DNA of 37,189 bases. Origin: Nitrospirota bacterium. Lineage in GTDB: Bacteria; Nitrospirota; Thermodesulfovibrionia; Thermodesulfovibrionales; Dissulfurispiraceae. The notes beneath the pieces were generated by a model that ran no database searches, had not been told where the DNA came from, and saw only the letters and a program-made list of their open reading frames with translations. Positions within the stretch are counted from its first letter, which is position 1; each line of letters begins with the position of its first letter. Below are positions 34,739 to 37,189 of this stretch, piece by piece. The translations under genes were made by a program, and so were the position numbers. Location of the stretch: contig JBFLWF010000022.1 of assembly GCA_040758355.1 (NCBI GenBank), positions 1 to 37,189 of the forward strand. Direction: 5' to 3'.

Positions 34739-36034
34739 ACTTTTCTTAACCTTCACCCTGAGTCCCTTGACATCCTCAACAATTACCCTTTCTTCTTTCT
34801 GTATAACATCATCCGAATATGCAGACCAGAATTCGCCGTGCACTACAACCATTCCACCGCCGTGTGTAATATCCGTTTTTGCAACTCCCTCAAGGCCTAT
34901 CAGTCCTTCCGCCCCTGTCACAGGCTTTCTCTTGTATGCCTTATAAGCAAGTCTGAAGGTAAGGACAAAAAACAGGGCGGTGACAATGGCAGCAGGAATG
35001 ATTACGGAAAGGGAGAGCTTTAAAAACGGCAATGGCGATTCGAAGAGCATCAATGAGCCGAGGACTATGGATACTATCCCTCCGATGGTCAGCATTCCGT
35101 ATGATGTGACCTTTACTTCGAGTATGAATAGTATAAGGCCGATGATAATAAGCAGAAGTCCTGCATAATTCACAGGAAGGGTCTGGAATGAGTAGAAGGC
35201 AAGGACAAGGCATATGCCCCCGATAACACCAGGGAATATCGCACCCGGATTCGTCAACTCAAAAAACAGGCCGTAAAAACCGAGCATCATGAGTATATAG
35301 GCCACATTGGGATCGCTTATTAAATTGAGAATCTTGTGCCTGAAGCTCATCTCGTGCCTGATGATTTTTGCGCCTGCGGTTTTTAATGTTTTATCTCCAT
35401 AAGCTGTAGTTATCTTTTTTCCGTCTATTTCGGAAAGAAGTGCGCTTATATCCTTTGCAATCAGGTCAATGATATTGTTCTTCAGTGCCTCTGTCTCTGT
35501 TGCGGAAACGCTCTTTCTCACAGCATCCTCTGCCCATTTGACATTCCTGCCCCTGCTCTCTGCAATGGACTTAATATAAGCTGCCGCATCATTTGTGGCC
35601 TTTTCTGCTATCACCTTATCCATCTTCTCTCCCACTGCAACTGGATGCGCAGCGCCTATATTTGTGCCGGGCGACATTGCAGCAACATGGGCAGCCATCG
35701 TTATGAAGACACCTGCAGACGCAGCCCTCGCACCGCTTGGAGAGACATAAACCACAACAGGAACACTGCTTCCGATAATATCCTTCACGATGCTCCTCAT
35801 GGATGTATCGAGTCCGCCGGGAGTATCCAGTTCGATAATCAGCGCCTCTGCATTCATCTCCGAAGCCTTTTTAATGGATTTGCCTATATACTCTGAAGCA
35901 ACGGGATTGATGACGCCGTTTACGGTAATGACGAGCACTTCTGATTTTTTGTTTTCGACAGAATAAAGCGAGGTGCTTAAAAAGAGAACAATCGAGATAA
36001 AAATAAGTGCAAGAAAAACAAACTTCCTATTCAT
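34733..36034 (-). CDS. nfeD: NfeD-family membrane-bound serine protease (long form)
   Basis: LDTPGG, GARAASAG, TNIGAAHPV, TM bundle, C-terminal OB fold (GEFWSA). Confidence 0.9.
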   Translation of the reverse strand: MNRKFVFLALIFISIVLFLSTSLYSVENKKSEVLVITVNGVINPVASEYIGKSIKKASEMNAEALIIELDTPGGLDTSMRSIVKDIIGSSVPVVVYVSPSGARAASAGVFITMAAHVAAMSPGTNIGAAHPVAVGEKMDKVIAEKATNDAAAYIKSIAESRGRNVKWAEDAVRKSVSATETEALKNNIIDLIAKDISALLSEIDGKKITTAYGDKTLKTAGAKIIRHEMSFRHKILNLISDPNVAYILMMLGFYGLFFELTNPGAIFPGVIGGICLVLAFYSFQTLPVNYAGLLLIIIGLILFILEVKVTSYGMLTIGGIVSIVLGSLMLFESPLPFLKLSLSVIIPAAIVTALFFVLTFRLAYKAYKRKPVTGAEGLIGLEGVAKTDITHGGGMVVVHGEFWSAYSDDVIQKEERVIVEDVKGLRVKVKKSN

Positions 36035-36095
36035 GTAGAATTATAACATGAAAAATAGCACCTGAAGCGAAAGCCGGTTATGCTTGTCACAGATA

Positions 36096-36974
36096 TTAGC
36101 GGAAAAGCACAATCAGCACAAAACCTGTAAGCATCAAAATAGTCCCAAGCATTCTTTCCTTTATCCCCGACTCCTTAAAGAACAGATATCCATAAAATAT
36201 ACCTATTAGAAGACTCAATCTCTTAACCGAGATCATATATGCGACCTTTGTCATGCTCATTGCTATCATATGGGAAATAACCATAACGGATTGGAGAAAT
36301 CCTGGAAGAATGGACGTTCGCAATGCGCCGTTATTAAATATAAATCTCAACTCATCCCTTCCCTTATATAGAGCTATCGGCGTTAGAACAATAACAAGCA
36401 ATGTAATATAAGTGGCGCCGAAAAATATGGGGGAAGAATGCTCAATAGCCCTCTTGCCGAGGGAGGATGTGAAACTGTAAATAAGGGCGACAACAATCAT
36501 AAATATAGAACCTTTCTCTTTTTTGATAGCAATAAACGGCTCGAAAACGCCCTTTTTAAATTCCTTGATATTGAGCGTATAGCCTCCAACTGCAATAAAC
36601 AGAACACCCAATGCGCCTATGACCGAAACCTTCTCTCCAAGAATAATGTATGGAACTATTATGAGAAATACTGGCGTAAGGGAAAGAAACGGCAGTGTCA
36701 GACTTAATGGAGAAACCTTTAATGCCTTTATATAAAATATGATTGCGACTATCTCGAGGGGCAGTGCTGTTAGAAATGCTCTGTAGAAATGATTATCAAG
36801 AGGAGGGACAGGAATAAAGAAAAGAGTGCTGATAAGAAGGGGCAATGAAAACAAGAGCCTGAGCCATGCAATAAGATACTCATTATGAACTGACAATGCC
36901 TTTTTGGTGAGCGCATCGCTTGTGGCGAGCGTAAAGGCAGAAATAAGGGCAAATAGTATCCAAAGATTTTCCAT
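36096..36974 (-). CDS. EamA/DMT family transporter
   Basis: About 10 TM helices in two repeats; LGEK.S..G and LFFKE motifs. Confidence 0.85.
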   Translation of the reverse strand: MENLWILFALISAFTLATSDALTKKALSVHNEYLIAWLRLLFSLPLLISTLFFIPVPPLDNHFYRAFLTALPLEIVAIIFYIKALKVSPLSLTLPFLSLTPVFLIIVPYIILGEKVSVIGALGVLFIAVGGYTLNIKEFKKGVFEPFIAIKKEKGSIFMIVVALIYSFTSSLGKRAIEHSSPIFFGATYITLLVIVLTPIALYKGRDELRFIFNNGALRTSILPGFLQSVMVISHMIAMSMTKVAYMISVKRLSLLIGIFYGYLFFKESGIKERMLGTILMLTGFVLIVLFR

Positions 36975-37189
36975 TCATTAATTTTAACTTAAATTCAGTG
37001 AGAAAATATTTTCCAAAATGTGTAAAATAATAGCTCGTTATTCTTAAATAACAAAACAAACCAAAGGCTGTTCAATAACAGCGAATAGTTTTTGACAAGG
37101 AGTTAACAAACTGGGCAAATCAGACAACAAGGCAATGCAAACCGCAACTACAGCACATAATAACCTCAAACAACGCGGCTTCAAGTCCG

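Noticed and set aside
36975..37189. A/C-rich non-coding end with a faint attC-like start (aacaacgcggcttcaagtccg)
   Set aside because: Cut off by the window edge; no complementary arm, RNA gene or ORF can be supported.

Overview
A 37-kb bacterial chromosomal segment. Gene content and style suggest an anaerobic Nitrospirota/Thermodesulfovibrionia-like organism (inference only). Most genes are on the minus strand. Housekeeping genes: rsmI, nadE, clpC, priA, ribF, coaE, mutS, rnr, rodZ-like, fabF, nfeD, EamA. A visibly AT-richer accessory/defence island (about 15.7-21.5 kb) holds a Sir2-like protein, an Mrr-type nuclease, an M.PvuII-like m4C methylase, small hypotheticals and a BrnT/BrnA-type TA pair. 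It lies between a STAS-HATPase gene and a STAS-wHTH gene. Items the ORF track does not show: (1) a TlpA-family selenoprotein split at an in-frame UGA (UxxC) with a SECIS-like hairpin; (2) four copies of a covarying bulged-hairpin element, each just after a stop codon, two of them carrying an equal-length 128-bp core with alternating conserved and variable blocks; (3) many 7/8-mer tandem repeats and palindromes sitting in frame inside core genes; (4) a PriA lacking its ATPase/helicase motifs; (5) a cerR-spt-bcerS-like ceramide operon; (6) an OmcE-like tetraheme cytochrome and an 8-10-heme cytochrome; (7) an unlisted 59-aa ORF. No rRNA, tRNA, CRISPR array, integrase or transposase was seen. All calls come from reading the sequence by eye; no searches were run.
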